Of a stretch of 64,000 nucleotides of DNA, positions 34,271 through 43,991 are shown piece after piece. The first letter of the stretch is position 1. Each line of letters starts with the position of its first letter. The stretch is from an uncultured Candidatus Saccharibacteria bacterium. Lineage in GTDB: Bacteria > Patescibacteriota > Saccharimonadia > Saccharimonadales > CAIOMD01. The stretch spans positions 7,995-71,994 of the forward strand of contig CAZMHM010000005.1 of NCBI GenBank assembly GCA_964566135.1, written 5' to 3'. Made by a program: the position numbers and the translations under genes. The notes under the pieces are model-generated. The model had not been told where the DNA came from. It saw only the letters and a list, made by a program, of their open reading frames with translations, and did no database searches.

Positions 34271-35309
34271 CGTCTAGCCGCTCAACCCTACCACTTACCG
34301 TTGCAGATAACGGACGATAATGCGGTGTTAAACTTTGCATCCACGCGAGCGTTTGACCTTCGAGGGTGCGCGGATCTCCAAGACTGTACACATCGTCTTG
34401 ATGTTTTTGCCCAAGCATATGGTTCGTTGGTAGCGTGACAACCGCCACGTTACCATTTGGCGCGTTACGAGCGAGCTCCGCCAAGGCATCGGCATCAACA
34501 AATTCATCATTCAATGCGGTCGGAATAAATACCGACGTATCAGCTAACCCGTATACTATCGGCTTTACATTAACGCCAAGTGCTTGCCGTACTTCTACGT
34601 ATGTTTGTTGGGGATTTTCGACGACTACTTTAGCAATCATCATAGCGTGATGCCCCACAAGTCGTAAGTCACCAGAATACCGAAACGAATTAATCGCCAG
34701 ACCTGCCAGATTAAGCGCTAAGTTTGGAAGATTCTTCGTTTCCATAGATGGTGCCAGAAATAACACGCCCTCTAGCCCACCGTCTTCGGCCTGAGCTATC
34801 TTTTCAGCAGCAATCGAAGAAACAATACAGCCACGGCTATGTCCGCCTACAATAACGCGATTGTTAGCGTGCATAGCTTGCAAAAAACTACGAGCTTCGA
34901 CAACTGCACCGGCTTGCCATTCTAATAGCTGTTCTGGCTCATGAATAATGTGATGTTCGCGTGGCAGCTCTATTGCTGCGCAAGCAATGCCAAGCTTATT
35001 AAGGTTCTGAAAATATTCCCAAAAATAGCTCGCGTCACTTGCCACACCATGCACCATCAGGAGCTCTGGAAATTGGATATCAGAACCGTGGTCATCTTTA
35101 TATGTTCTAAGCCCGTCAGTTGGCCTATATGTTGTCAGATGAAACTGCTTGCCCTCGTGTTGTAAATCATAATTAGTTATCTCGCTCAGTTGCCTACGTT
35201 CGCGCTCTGCGTTGGGTAAATCTATCTCGTCACGATACACATCAGCAATTTTCGGCTCAGGAGTTGGGCTGTTGGGAGGTATATAAAGCTGATGAATCTC
35301 TGCACTCAT
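34257..35309 (-). CDS. Alpha/beta-fold hydrolase
   Basis: 350 aa with the nucleophile elbow VGGHSRGC and an HGV oxyanion-region motif (LLMVHGVASD). Confidence 0.7.
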   Translation of the reverse strand: MSAEIHQLYIPPNSPTPEPKIADVYRDEIDLPNAERERRQLSEITNYDLQHEGKQFHLTTYRPTDGLRTYKDDHGSDIQFPELLMVHGVASDASYFWEYFQNLNKLGIACAAIELPREHHIIHEPEQLLEWQAGAVVEARSFLQAMHANNRVIVGGHSRGCIVSSIAAEKIAQAEDGGLEGVLFLAPSMETKNLPNLALNLAGLAINSFRYSGDLRLVGHHAMMIAKVVVENPQQTYVEVRQALGVNVKPIVYGLADTSVFIPTALNDEFVDADALAELARNAPNGNVAVVTLPTNHMLGQKHQDDVYSLGDPRTLEGQTLAWMQSLTPHYRPLSATVSGRVERLDASRF

Positions 35310-35367
35310 TTTTGCTTACCACTCTTTGTTTCAACAACAGTACTATACAAGCATAGTACGCCTGCTT

Positions 35368-35949
35368 TTAGGATTTGGGTAGTAGGTTTTGTAGGCTACG
35401 CTTTAAATGCACTAAGCCTTCGTAATCAATCGCATGCATACCGGCAAGGCGTGCGCCACGACAATTCTCGGCATTATCATCAATCATAATCGCTTCGCTA
35501 GTATCTACGCCAAGCGACTCGCAAATATGTACAAACGCAGCTGGACTTGGCTTAATCACCCCTGTTTCGCTAGATAGTGCGGCCGCATCAAAAAGTTGTT
35601 CACGTTCTTTTTTGCTAAAGAATTTTTCCATTGTTCCGCGGCTAATATTACTTAACATGCCAATTTTATAATGTGGGCGTAGTGTGTTTTCGATATAGTC
35701 CATAAGCTCGTTATTCCGCCCAAAGCCCATAGTGGCATGACGGTTAACATCTCCTGGGCTTAACCCAGTAAGTTCGGCAACCTGCTTCTCCCATTCTGCC
35801 TGGCTAATTAAGCCATAATCAGTCTGGTTGCTAAGCTCCTTTAACCTGCCTTTTATTTGTTCGTAGTTTTTGGCGTTGTTATGAAAGAACTCCGGCCCGT
35901 GATGTACATACAAAACTCCAAAGCAGTCAAAGATTATTGCTTTAATCAT
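35368..35949 (-). CDS. HAD-superfamily hydrolase (subfamily IA-like)
   Basis: MIKAIIFDCFGVL (motif I variant), MLSNISRG (motif II) and a C-terminal MIDDNAEN (motif IV). Confidence 0.7.
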   Translation of the reverse strand: MIKAIIFDCFGVLYVHHGPEFFHNNAKNYEQIKGRLKELSNQTDYGLISQAEWEKQVAELTGLSPGDVNRHATMGFGRNNELMDYIENTLRPHYKIGMLSNISRGTMEKFFSKKEREQLFDAAALSSETGVIKPSPAAFVHICESLGVDTSEAIMIDDNAENCRGARLAGMHAIDYEGLVHLKRSLQNLLPKS

Positions 35950-36530
35950 GCGCCTATTTTCGCATGGGTGCGGCGTAGCTCATAAAGTTTTTTGGCAACC
36001 ATGTGGTAGTACCAGGCGGGATGCGGAACAAGCCCTTTGCTTATGGGCATGGCGGATCTAAGCGCAAAAGTATCAAGGTTCCACCATTCAAAACTACTCA
36101 CTTCATCGTCATTAGGATGAACCGTAACTTCGGTTGTATTAAGAACTGCAAAATACATATACACTAATTGGTTATGTAGCCACGCATTCCCCTTGGCATA
36201 GCGACCTTCTTCGGCTACGTAAATGGGGCCTTCGGGTAGAATTATACGATTCGTTAAATCAATGCCAGCCTCTTCGCGTATTTCACGGAGCATGGCTTGT
36301 AGCGGTTGCTCATCGGCATCGACATGCCCCGCAACCGAAATATCATACTTATTGGCGTAGGTTAATACGTGCTTAGAACGTCGTTGCATAAGTACCGATT
36401 TGCCATCGGCGCTTAGTATCCAACAATGCACGTTTATACACTGTAAATTTGGATCAGCATGCACAGTATCTATATCTACCCCACCGGGTATACGACGATT
36501 CGATATATCTACTGCTGCTATATTCTTCAT
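35946..36530 (-). CDS. Nudix hydrolase
   Basis: Nudix box GHVDADEQPLQAMLREIREEAGI. It overlaps the HAD gene by 4 nt. Confidence 0.8.
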   Translation of the reverse strand: MKNIAAVDISNRRIPGGVDIDTVHADPNLQCINVHCWILSADGKSVLMQRRSKHVLTYANKYDISVAGHVDADEQPLQAMLREIREEAGIDLTNRIILPEGPIYVAEEGRYAKGNAWLHNQLVYMYFAVLNTTEVTVHPNDDEVSSFEWWNLDTFALRSAMPISKGLVPHPAWYYHMVAKKLYELRRTHAKIGA

Positions 36531-36605
36531 TGTTTGTATTTACGATAAAGCTATATGTCTGTAATACGCTCTTTGGCGCAAAAGCACAAGCAGTTATGAA
36601 CAGTC

Positions 36606-37043
36606 TTACGATTTGCCGGTGCTGCCAAAGCCGCCAACACCACGGCTGGTTTCGTCGAGTTCGTCTACTTCGCCCCAAATAGCACGTTCATGCTTGGCAA
36701 TAATCATCTGGGCGATTCTATCGCCATCATTAATCACAAAATCATCTGGTCCGTGATTGATTAAAATCACACCAAGTTCACCGCGATAGTCTGCATCAAT
36801 AGTGCCGACACCATGCACCACACTAATGCCAAACTTTGCCGCATTACCACTACGGCCACGGATTTGCGCTTCGTAGCCCGGAGGTAATGCAATAGCAATG
36901 CCGGTTGGAATAACCCTAAAATCTTTGTGCTTAAGGGTGATTGGTTCGTCTATGCGAGCACACAAATCAACGGCGGCAGCGTGCTCGGTTTGATACTGCG
37001 GAACAATAGCGTCTGGGTGTAGTTTTTTGATACGAATATTCAT
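36606..37043 (-). CDS. dut: dUTP diphosphatase
   Basis: AAAVDLCA, GRSGNAAKFGI, GTIDADYRGE and a C-terminal RGVGGFGSTG are the five dUTPase motifs. Confidence 0.93.
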   Translation of the reverse strand: MNIRIKKLHPDAIVPQYQTEHAAAVDLCARIDEPITLKHKDFRVIPTGIAIALPPGYEAQIRGRSGNAAKFGISVVHGVGTIDADYRGELGVILINHGPDDFVINDGDRIAQMIIAKHERAIWGEVDELDETSRGVGGFGSTGKS

Positions 37044-37066
37044 TACTACTATTGTGTCACAGCTCG

Positions 37067-38269
37067 TTATAAATCTGCCAAGAATAATTCTTTCGCAGGT
37101 GCAAAAGAGTTATAGCCAATAGCGCGCATGCTTGCACAATATGCACCAGCACCTTCTATGGCCAGCAAATCACCAATACTTGCCTGCTGCAACTCGCGAG
37201 GTTCAATTGTTTCAGGGTCGCCTTTGGCCGGCGTTAATAAATCACCCGATTCGCAGTTATGTCCAATTACAGCGTATGCCTTAGTCTGAATATTCTCTGG
37301 CGTTAGTTGCGGAATAACAACGAGCGGATGCTGAGCGCCATACAATGTTGGGCGCAAAATGTCGTTCATACCAGTATTGAGGCGCAGAAAGTTGTAGCCA
37401 TCCGAACCAGTGTTGGTCACGTCGATAATCTCGCTTAGTAGCACGCCGGCATGTGCGGTTAGGTATGTGCCCGGCTCTATTTCGAGGCTTAGTTCTTTAC
37501 CAGCATCATTTTTGTATGCATGCAAAAGTTCGGTTACGCGCGCACCAATTATTTGTAGGTCAGCCGTTTGTTCGGTCTGCATGCGGGCAACTTTAAAGCC
37601 GCCACCGAGCGAAACCGTGGCTACATCTGGGAACTGTTTGGCGAGGTCTAATGTAATCTGAGCAGCCTCTTGCCAGACATCTGGGTCGGTGCCAGCACCA
37701 ATATGTGTGTGCACTTTTGTTATGCGTAAATCATGCTTTGCTGCAATAGCTTTTATATCTGCAATTTGCTCGTGCCAAATGCCAAAACCTGCCGCGACAC
37801 CACCGGTAGTAACCCGATTACTCGCACCACTGCCAAGGCCTGGATTCAACCGTACGCCAATATCAGCACCACGTGATGCTGCACCAATTTGTTCTAGCTG
37901 ATGCAGCGACGTAGCCGTAATATGCACACCCGCCTTACTCAGCTCGGCAAAGTTTTTTGGTAGCTGTTGCGAATTAAGTGCAATTTTTTGTGCAGTAATT
38001 CCCTGCGTGATAATATGCTCGGCTTCTTCGCCACTACTTGCATCAAACACTAAGCCTAAACCATCAAATAAATGCAAAATTGCTGGATGCGGATTTGCCT
38101 TAATTGCGTACCGCACACTAAAGCCGAACGGTGCCCCAAACGCCAAAGCCTGCTTTGCCTGGCGGGTTAAGACCTGCTTGCTATAGACGTATAGCGGCGT
38201 ACCGTGCGCGGATGCAATATCACGTGCTTGTTGTTCGGATAAAAAACGTAGCGAATCAATCATTCGCAT
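37067..38269 (-). CDS. lysA: PLP-dependent group IV decarboxylase, diaminopimelate decarboxylase-like
   Basis: GTPLYVYS, YAIKANPHP (PLP Lys), HTHIGAG, LGGGF, EPGTYL and CESGD. The start is set at ATG 38269 to avoid overlapping rnhA. Substrate (DAP versus ornithine or another) cannot be fixed from the sequence. Confidence 0.7.
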   Translation of the reverse strand: MRMIDSLRFLSEQQARDIASAHGTPLYVYSKQVLTRQAKQALAFGAPFGFSVRYAIKANPHPAILHLFDGLGLVFDASSGEEAEHIITQGITAQKIALNSQQLPKNFAELSKAGVHITATSLHQLEQIGAASRGADIGVRLNPGLGSGASNRVTTGGVAAGFGIWHEQIADIKAIAAKHDLRITKVHTHIGAGTDPDVWQEAAQITLDLAKQFPDVATVSLGGGFKVARMQTEQTADLQIIGARVTELLHAYKNDAGKELSLEIEPGTYLTAHAGVLLSEIIDVTNTGSDGYNFLRLNTGMNDILRPTLYGAQHPLVVIPQLTPENIQTKAYAVIGHNCESGDLLTPAKGDPETIEPRELQQASIGDLLAIEGAGAYCASMRAIGYNSFAPAKELFLADL

Positions 38270-38282
38270 TATTGTACCGTAT

Positions 38283-38711
38283 TTAGGCTGCTTTTTTGGC
38301 GAGTTGTTGTTCGCGGGCTTTGTTTGCCCATTCATCGGCGAGTTCGTTGCCAGGATCATCATTATGGCCACGCACCCAAACTAGCGTTGCGTTACTTTCG
38401 CGGTACAAAGGCACAACCTCTTGTACAATATCGAGATTTTTAATCGGACCGCCTTTTTTCTTCCAGCCAGCTGCTTCCCACGGAATAGACCACTTGGTAA
38501 TAACATTTATCCAAAATTCGCTATCGGTATATATTTCGGCGTGCTCGCCGGCGGCATCTTTTAGGGCCGCAATAATGGCAAAGCCTTCCATACGGATGTT
38601 CGTTGTATCGTCCTCGCCGCCCAAAACATGTGGCTGCATTTCTTTTATGACCGCAAAGCCACCCGTGCCTGGGTTCGGTTCGCAACTTCCATCAGTGTAA
38701 TACGTAATCAT
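38283..38711 (-). CDS. rnhA: Ribonuclease HI
   Basis: YTDGSCEPNPGTGGFAVI, the downstream TNIRMEGFA (catalytic Glu region), and HNDDPGNELADEWA. Confidence 0.9.
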   Translation of the reverse strand: MITYYTDGSCEPNPGTGGFAVIKEMQPHVLGGEDDTTNIRMEGFAIIAALKDAAGEHAEIYTDSEFWINVITKWSIPWEAAGWKKKGGPIKNLDIVQEVVPLYRESNATLVWVRGHNDDPGNELADEWANKAREQQLAKKAA

Positions 38712-38761
38712 TTTTTCTTTCTTGCTTATTTATGAATTATAACAGTCTTTTCTATGCTGTT

Positions 38762-39496
38762 TTAAAAACCTAGTCTCTGCTCGAACTGTTCAATGGGAGC
38801 ATACCAGCCGGCGTCCAATATTAAGGTTTGAATTTCTTTGTCTATACCTAGTAGTACTGCTAAGCCAACAAGAATAAACAGTACGCCAACAGTTCGCTTA
38901 AACCATCCGTGTGGATCGGTAAGCCTGCCTACTTTTTTTACCAATATACTCCCTGTAAGTGCCAGTATAAATAACACCGTAGCAAGGCCAAGTACATAGG
39001 CAGCCAAATAGAATATGCCTTTTACAAATGAAGACAGCAACACCAGTGCCACTATAAGTGCATAGGTCGGGCTACAGCTACTAAATACAGGGCCAAGTGC
39101 TGCACCCATACTAATATCCCGTAGGTAGCCTTTTTTCCGCATACCTGCTGCAAATGTACCGTTGGCGGCAGTTTGTAGCCTACTGGCAATAACGATGCGT
39201 TCCCACAACGATGGCACAAGAAAAGATACACCAAGGGCAATAACGATACCCCCTGAGATTAACGACCATACCTGTTGCGGGACGCCCAATAACACGGTCG
39301 TAGCTTTTAGCAAAAGTGTAAAAATAATAATGCTGGCAGCAAGGCTACTAGTTATCACTATCGGGTGGTACCATTTTGGTTTTGTATCATCCGACTCAAC
39401 AGAAGCACCACCTATAACTACCGGTAATAGCGGCAATACGCACGGCGCCAAAACCGTAAGTACGCCCGCAAAATATGCAATAAGAAGTTGTGCCAT
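38762..39496 (-). CDS. ccdA: CcdA/DsbD-family thiol-disulfide electron transporter
   Basis: Polytopic membrane protein with LAPCVLPLLPVVIG and a second PVFSSCSPTY Cys motif. Confidence 0.85.
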   Translation of the reverse strand: MAQLLIAYFAGVLTVLAPCVLPLLPVVIGGASVESDDTKPKWYHPIVITSSLAASIIIFTLLLKATTVLLGVPQQVWSLISGGIVIALGVSFLVPSLWERIVIASRLQTAANGTFAAGMRKKGYLRDISMGAALGPVFSSCSPTYALIVALVLLSSFVKGIFYLAAYVLGLATVLFILALTGSILVKKVGRLTDPHGWFKRTVGVLFILVGLAVLLGIDKEIQTLILDAGWYAPIEQFEQRLGF

Positions 39497-39975
39497 TACA
39501 GCAAGTTTGCTTTTACATTAGCAAACGTTGGTTCGTTATAGGCAACGTATTTTTCAATAAGTTTCCCTGAATCGTCAATCCGTACAACGGTTGTTTGTAA
39601 CGTAACACCATACTTTTTTCGCAAAGCCTGATTAGTATCGTAATCTACTTTATAAATCGAGACACCCGGTACGGTGGATATATTTTTTGCTATATCCGCA
39701 TCAAGCGCGCGGCACTGCGGGCACCATGGCGCATGAAAAAAGAGAAGCTTAGTATTTTTGTCATTTGCCACATCTGTGTCTTTGTAGGCACTATATTTTG
39801 CAGATTGAGTAGTTTCGTTTGCAGATGTGATGATAGGTGGCCGTTCAGTTTGTTGCGTGTTTGCGGGCACCGTCTTATCAGAAGTAGAATTTTTAGCAAT
39901 TAAGTACCATGATGCAATCGCTACGGCTACTAATACGACAGCGGTTACCAACCCAATAAGAAATCGTTTTGTCAT
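39496..39975 (-). CDS. Membrane-anchored thioredoxin-like thiol:disulfide oxidoreductase
   Basis: N-terminal TM anchor and the WCPQC active site (FFHAPWCPQCRALD). There is a 1-nt overlap with ccdA. Confidence 0.85.
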   Translation of the reverse strand: MTKRFLIGLVTAVVLVAVAIASWYLIAKNSTSDKTVPANTQQTERPPIITSANETTQSAKYSAYKDTDVANDKNTKLLFFHAPWCPQCRALDADIAKNISTVPGVSIYKVDYDTNQALRKKYGVTLQTTVVRIDDSGKLIEKYVAYNEPTFANVKANLL

Positions 39976-40259
39976 GAACCTATTTTAACAGCGTCCTCAT
40001 GTCTTAGACTAAAGTATTTAGGAACATCTTAGTGAAGTGTCCAAAAACAATAGTAACCGGGGAAAACTGGAGCCAGTATGCAAGTAAGCGATGTATCAGT
40101 GCAATAATGTGATATCTAACCCAAGAGCTCGGGCACATACCCACAAAGCAATAAGCTCGTTAAAGACCCAGCAGAGTTCAAAAAAGTTGCCATTGAGTTC
40201 CCGCATTAGTTTGCCCAGTTAATGCATATAACAAAGCTATCTCGGTAGCGGTAGCGATA

Positions 40260-40760
40260 TCAAATACTTATGCTTACATTCTGCCACAAAAGCATATCTT
40301 CATCGAAATATGCCGAACCAGCATTTTCAAAACCAAGCGTTTTGAGCATAGCAAGCGACGGCGCGTTATGCGTTAAGGCGCGTGCATGAACCGTTTTATA
40401 GCCAATACCTTTTAGTTGTGCAAGTGCAAGCTGCATAGCGGCTGTTCCTACGCCCTTGCCACGTGCAGAAGCATCACCAATCATTATGCTAATATTCGGC
40501 GCCTCAAGCCCTTCAAATGGGTCGGTATGCATTTCTACAATGCCGACTACCTTGCCATCAAGCTCTATCATTTGCGCAATTTCGCTTGGATTACTAATAA
40601 TGTCTTGCGAACGCTTTGTCTCGTCGGCCACGGTCGTCGTAAAATCGTCCGGCACGAGCATGCCCATAAGCTGGAGCATCTGCGCTCCACCCGGAGCATT
40701 TATCCAGGCAGTTGCAAGTTGGGCATCGCGCGCAACATCAATATTTACTAGACTGACCAT
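40260..40760 (-). CDS. GNAT-family N-acetyltransferase
   Basis: The acetyl-CoA motif ARGKGVGTAAMQLALAQLKGIGY within a 166-aa GNAT-sized protein. Confidence 0.8.
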   Translation of the reverse strand: MVSLVNIDVARDAQLATAWINAPGGAQMLQLMGMLVPDDFTTTVADETKRSQDIISNPSEIAQMIELDGKVVGIVEMHTDPFEGLEAPNISIMIGDASARGKGVGTAAMQLALAQLKGIGYKTVHARALTHNAPSLAMLKTLGFENAGSAYFDEDMLLWQNVSISI

Positions 40761-41235
40761 GTAAGTACTTATTCGCCCGTTCTACAAACACGTCTTCGTG
40801 TTTAACATTCGGCTGTAGTTTATCAATTGCATCGTTATAGGTGCACCATTCTCGAAAATCATGTTCTTTATCCATTGGTTCGGCTTCGCTGATATATTCG
40901 GCGGCGTAATATAAAAATGTTTTATCAGAATTTTGGCCATCGTATAAAAACGCAGCCTGCTTGCCACCAATAAAAGTTTTGAGCTGTACGTTTACGCCGG
41001 CTTCTTCTTTTATTTCGCGCACTGCGCAATCCTCGATTGTTTCACCTAAATGCAATGTACCTTTTGGTAAATGATAACTGACGCCGTCAGCACCATTGCG
41101 GCCGAGCAACAAAAATTGATACTCATTGCCGTTCTTGCGATACACTACCCCACCAGCTGAAATGCCATAAGCCGTACCAGCTGTGCGTGGTGAATATTCA
41201 TCTTTATACAAATCGAGTTCTATCATGCAACTCAT
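40738..41235 (-). CDS. Nudix hydrolase
   Basis: Nudix box GTLHLGETIEDCAVREIKEEAGV. Confidence 0.8.
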   Translation of the reverse strand: MSCMIELDLYKDEYSPRTAGTAYGISAGGVVYRKNGNEYQFLLLGRNGADGVSYHLPKGTLHLGETIEDCAVREIKEEAGVNVQLKTFIGGKQAAFLYDGQNSDKTFLYYAAEYISEAEPMDKEHDFREWCTYNDAIDKLQPNVKHEDVFVERANKYLHGQSSKY

Positions 41236-41253
41236 TATACGGCTAAAGACGTA

Positions 41254-42231
41254 TTATGCTGTCACAGATAATAAACAGTTCTGCGCGCCTTCGGTTTGCC
41301 ACAAGCCAAAATACAAACGTGGGTTGTGTTGGTCAGGGTTGTTTGCAAACAATCGTTCTACGTTTACACCACAATAATAATCTGCCTGTGAATTAGGAAT
41401 ATACTGCGGGAACCCGGCGACGTCACCAATACGTAAACCGCCATAACGTGCAATAGCCAGGCCTTCGGCAAGGCCTGCACTCATACAATCAACGCCAGTA
41501 ATTTTGCGCATATCGCGTAGCTCGTCACGATCGCGCAGTTCTTTACCAATAAGCATGAGCCCGTAGTTATCTAGCTGGCTACTTTTATACGCGAGCTTAC
41601 CAATTGGCGTATTGCCGAATCTTATACCAGTAATATTTGGTGTAATTTTGCCACGCAAAGCACGCAGTAGTTCTGGGTCTACGTGTACTTCGCCACCATA
41701 CAGCTTTGCAAGTTCGTTTGTTGGACGATCGAGGCGTGACGGGGTTGTATCGCCCGCATTAAAAGCAGGCATAAATCGCGAATAGACGTCTTTATACGGC
41801 AGCGTTACTAAGCGTAAATCGTAGCCAGGTTCTGGGTAGGTTTGACGTAGGCGGTCATGGCTTTCTTTTAGGCGCGCTAGTTGTTCGAACCGTGTTTCTA
41901 TACGCGGAATTCGTTCGGTATAGGCACCAAACTTTTGCTGCCATGCTTCGCGCTGTTCCGGCGTTTTGGCAAGTGCAAGTGCAGCAGTTAGCTCTGCCAT
42001 GGTGTACGGTGATTCGGCTAAGTAGGCCAGCATTTCTTCTTGCCCAAGGAGCCGTGCACCCCAATCAATTATTTCTGCAATTGGTTCTGCATCGGTGCTC
42101 CACTTTTCGCCCAGTTCTGCAGCTTTATCGGTAAACCGAATATCATAATAATCTGGCACAAGTTCAGGAATAAAAGAATGAGCGGTTCTTTTCGGTTGCA
42201 AATCAGATGTGAGCGTTTCTACAGATGACAT
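41254..42231 (-). CDS. Hypothetical protein
   Basis: 325-aa ORF of normal composition. No motif recognised. Confidence 0.5.
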   Translation of the reverse strand: MSSVETLTSDLQPKRTAHSFIPELVPDYYDIRFTDKAAELGEKWSTDAEPIAEIIDWGARLLGQEEMLAYLAESPYTMAELTAALALAKTPEQREAWQQKFGAYTERIPRIETRFEQLARLKESHDRLRQTYPEPGYDLRLVTLPYKDVYSRFMPAFNAGDTTPSRLDRPTNELAKLYGGEVHVDPELLRALRGKITPNITGIRFGNTPIGKLAYKSSQLDNYGLMLIGKELRDRDELRDMRKITGVDCMSAGLAEGLAIARYGGLRIGDVAGFPQYIPNSQADYYCGVNVERLFANNPDQHNPRLYFGLWQTEGAQNCLLSVTA

Positions 42232-42287
42232 TTTTGATTTTTACCTTATACATTTAATTGTACGCCCAGGTGTCAAGTACTTGCGAG

Positions 42288-42923
42288 CTACAATATTTTG
42301 CGCAGAATAGTAGTTAACTCGGCACGAGCTGAGCCAGTAAAGTCATGATCTGAATCGATATCTATTTTTTGGGCATTAGATACCTGGCTAAGATCCGTGT
42401 CGCCAAGCACGTGATCTTTAGCCGCTCGCACAATAATGACCGGAATTTTTTGCGACAATGTTTCGTATAGTGCAATTGGGTCGCGATTTTGAAGACTTTG
42501 AATATATTCTCGCGGGACATGTGTCGTAGTGCCATCAGTACGGCGAAGCTTAGAGACACCGTCAAGATTAATTTCGGAACCTGGGCGATTTTGTAGCTTT
42601 TCGACAACCCGTTGCATACTCATTAGCACTGGAGGTGCTAGCAGTATTGCTTCCGATACCTTAGTTACATCAACAAGACCAGCAATAATACAGCCCTGCG
42701 AATGACAGAGCATCACAATTTCACCTTCAGCCTCATCGATAACAGACTGCAGCTTTTGGGCTTGAGTATCGATATCGGCAACAACTACATCGCCATTTGA
42801 CAGTATTTCGTTATAGTCAAACATCTTAAACGTGTAGCCCGGAAACTTGTTTGCGATTTCCGTGAACATTCCCCTTGAATCAGCCTTCACGCCAAAACCA
42901 TGCGAGCAAATAATTGTCTTCAT
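42288..42923 (-). CDS. Small alpha/beta-fold hydrolase
   Basis: 211 aa with SHGFG near the N-terminus, the nucleophile elbow CHSQGC and a C-terminal DHDF. Confidence 0.7.
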   Translation of the reverse strand: MKTIICSHGFGVKADSRGMFTEIANKFPGYTFKMFDYNEILSNGDVVVADIDTQAQKLQSVIDEAEGEIVMLCHSQGCIIAGLVDVTKVSEAILLAPPVLMSMQRVVEKLQNRPGSEINLDGVSKLRRTDGTTTHVPREYIQSLQNRDPIALYETLSQKIPVIIVRAAKDHVLGDTDLSQVSNAQKIDIDSDHDFTGSARAELTTILRKIL

Positions 42924-42952
42924 TGTTTTAATAATACCCTAGCTCCTTCTAT

Positions 42953-43477
42953 CTAGTTTTTGATGTGGAAGTTTTTAAAGATTAAACCATCTAACAATAA
43001 GTGGCTAAAGTAGCCTGCCACTGCCGCACCATAGTACATGGCAGAGATTGGCAAAATAGCGTGGTTATACAAATACGGGATTAGTAATATTGGCAGCGGT
43101 ACAACAAGCATTGCCCATTTAGCATGTGTCCATCCACGGTGGTGACCAATAATCGGTAGCATGGCAATCAAGCCTAAATATGCAGCGGCCTGAATATTAC
43201 CCGTTGCCAGCAGTAAAATATCCAGCGGAAACACAATGCCAAAAAATATATCTTGTGCCTTGCTGTTTGTATCGACATCCGGGAACAAGCCGAACAATGT
43301 ACCAATCACAAACACGGCTGCAATTGCCTGCCAGCTATGTAGTAAATTAGCAGTCTCGGCAAAACGCTGGACGGGCGTAAACGAAAGTACGCCGGCATAT
43401 ATAGCTGACGCAGCTAACCCGCCTACAATGTGCCCTTTATAGTTCGCCACTATCAACGCTCTGCAGACTTGCGGCAA
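42953..43477 (-). CDS. Membrane-bound metal-dependent hydrolase, YdjM/DUF457-like
   Basis: Polytopic protein with GHHRGWTH and a C-terminal HLLLD. The real start may be GTG 43450, which would reduce the overlap with the upstream gene. Confidence 0.6.
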   Translation of the reverse strand: MPQVCRALIVANYKGHIVGGLAASAIYAGVLSFTPVQRFAETANLLHSWQAIAAVFVIGTLFGLFPDVDTNSKAQDIFFGIVFPLDILLLATGNIQAAAYLGLIAMLPIIGHHRGWTHAKWAMLVVPLPILLIPYLYNHAILPISAMYYGAAVAGYFSHLLLDGLIFKNFHIKN

Positions 43478-43943
43478 TATCGTTAAATACTTTGTTTAGC
43501 GCTTGGTCGTCCGTTGCAGGTGTTGTGTTCATGCATGCCATCATTGTTGATGCAATTTGCGGTTCTAAAACTATGCGCCCGTCATCAAGAGTCTTTACAA
43601 TTTTTTTATCTGTTGCAGTGCCTTTTGGTAATAATGGAATTATGCCTGACATGTTATTGCACGCCTTGCCGCTAACCGCTATATCACCCGCGTTTGCTGG
43701 CGCCTCGGTTCCGTTACGCTCGGCAGCTTGCACTGCCGAAAGTACGCTAATGTTATAGAGTTCTTGTGCATCTTGATTAAGTCGATAGATAACGGCCAAA
43801 TCTTTGATTGCGTTAACTGACCCGCCTTTGTTGACAACCGTTACACTGCCCGCATCTTGCTTGGTTAATATGTACCCTGCCGCAACAATGATGCCTAAAA
43901 TAATAAACGCACCCGCCGTAACTGACCATTTGTTTTTAATCAT
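43437..43943 (-). CDS. Membrane-anchored or secreted hypothetical protein
   Basis: 168 aa with the N-terminal anchor WSVTAGAFIILGIIVAAGYIL. Confidence 0.5.
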   Translation of the reverse strand: MIKNKWSVTAGAFIILGIIVAAGYILTKQDAGSVTVVNKGGSVNAIKDLAVIYRLNQDAQELYNISVLSAVQAAERNGTEAPANAGDIAVSGKACNNMSGIIPLLPKGTATDKKIVKTLDDGRIVLEPQIASTMMACMNTTPATDDQALNKVFNDIAASLQSVDSGEL

Positions 43944-43991
43944 ATAGTTAGTATAACTTGTCTCTTGAGTCTAGTGCTATTATGAGACAGG

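Noticed and set aside
35946-36530. The Nudix protein as a type 1 isopentenyl-diphosphate isomerase feeding the carotenoid operon.
   Set aside because: The RRS..K...GH layout resembles IDI, but the catalytic Cys before GH is Ala here (SVAGHV). I call it a generic Nudix hydrolase.
40096-40206. 36-codon minus-strand ORF inside the 284-bp gap.
   Set aside because: It has no Shine-Dalgarno, no promoter-like sequence and no recognisable motif. I kept it only as a note within the gap finding.
42245-42276. TTGACA at 42276..42271 with TATAAG at 42250..42245, upstream of the 325-aa gene, as a promoter.
   Set aside because: The spacer is 20 nt, too long for a standard sigma-70 promoter, and no better -10 box lies at 16 to 18 nt.
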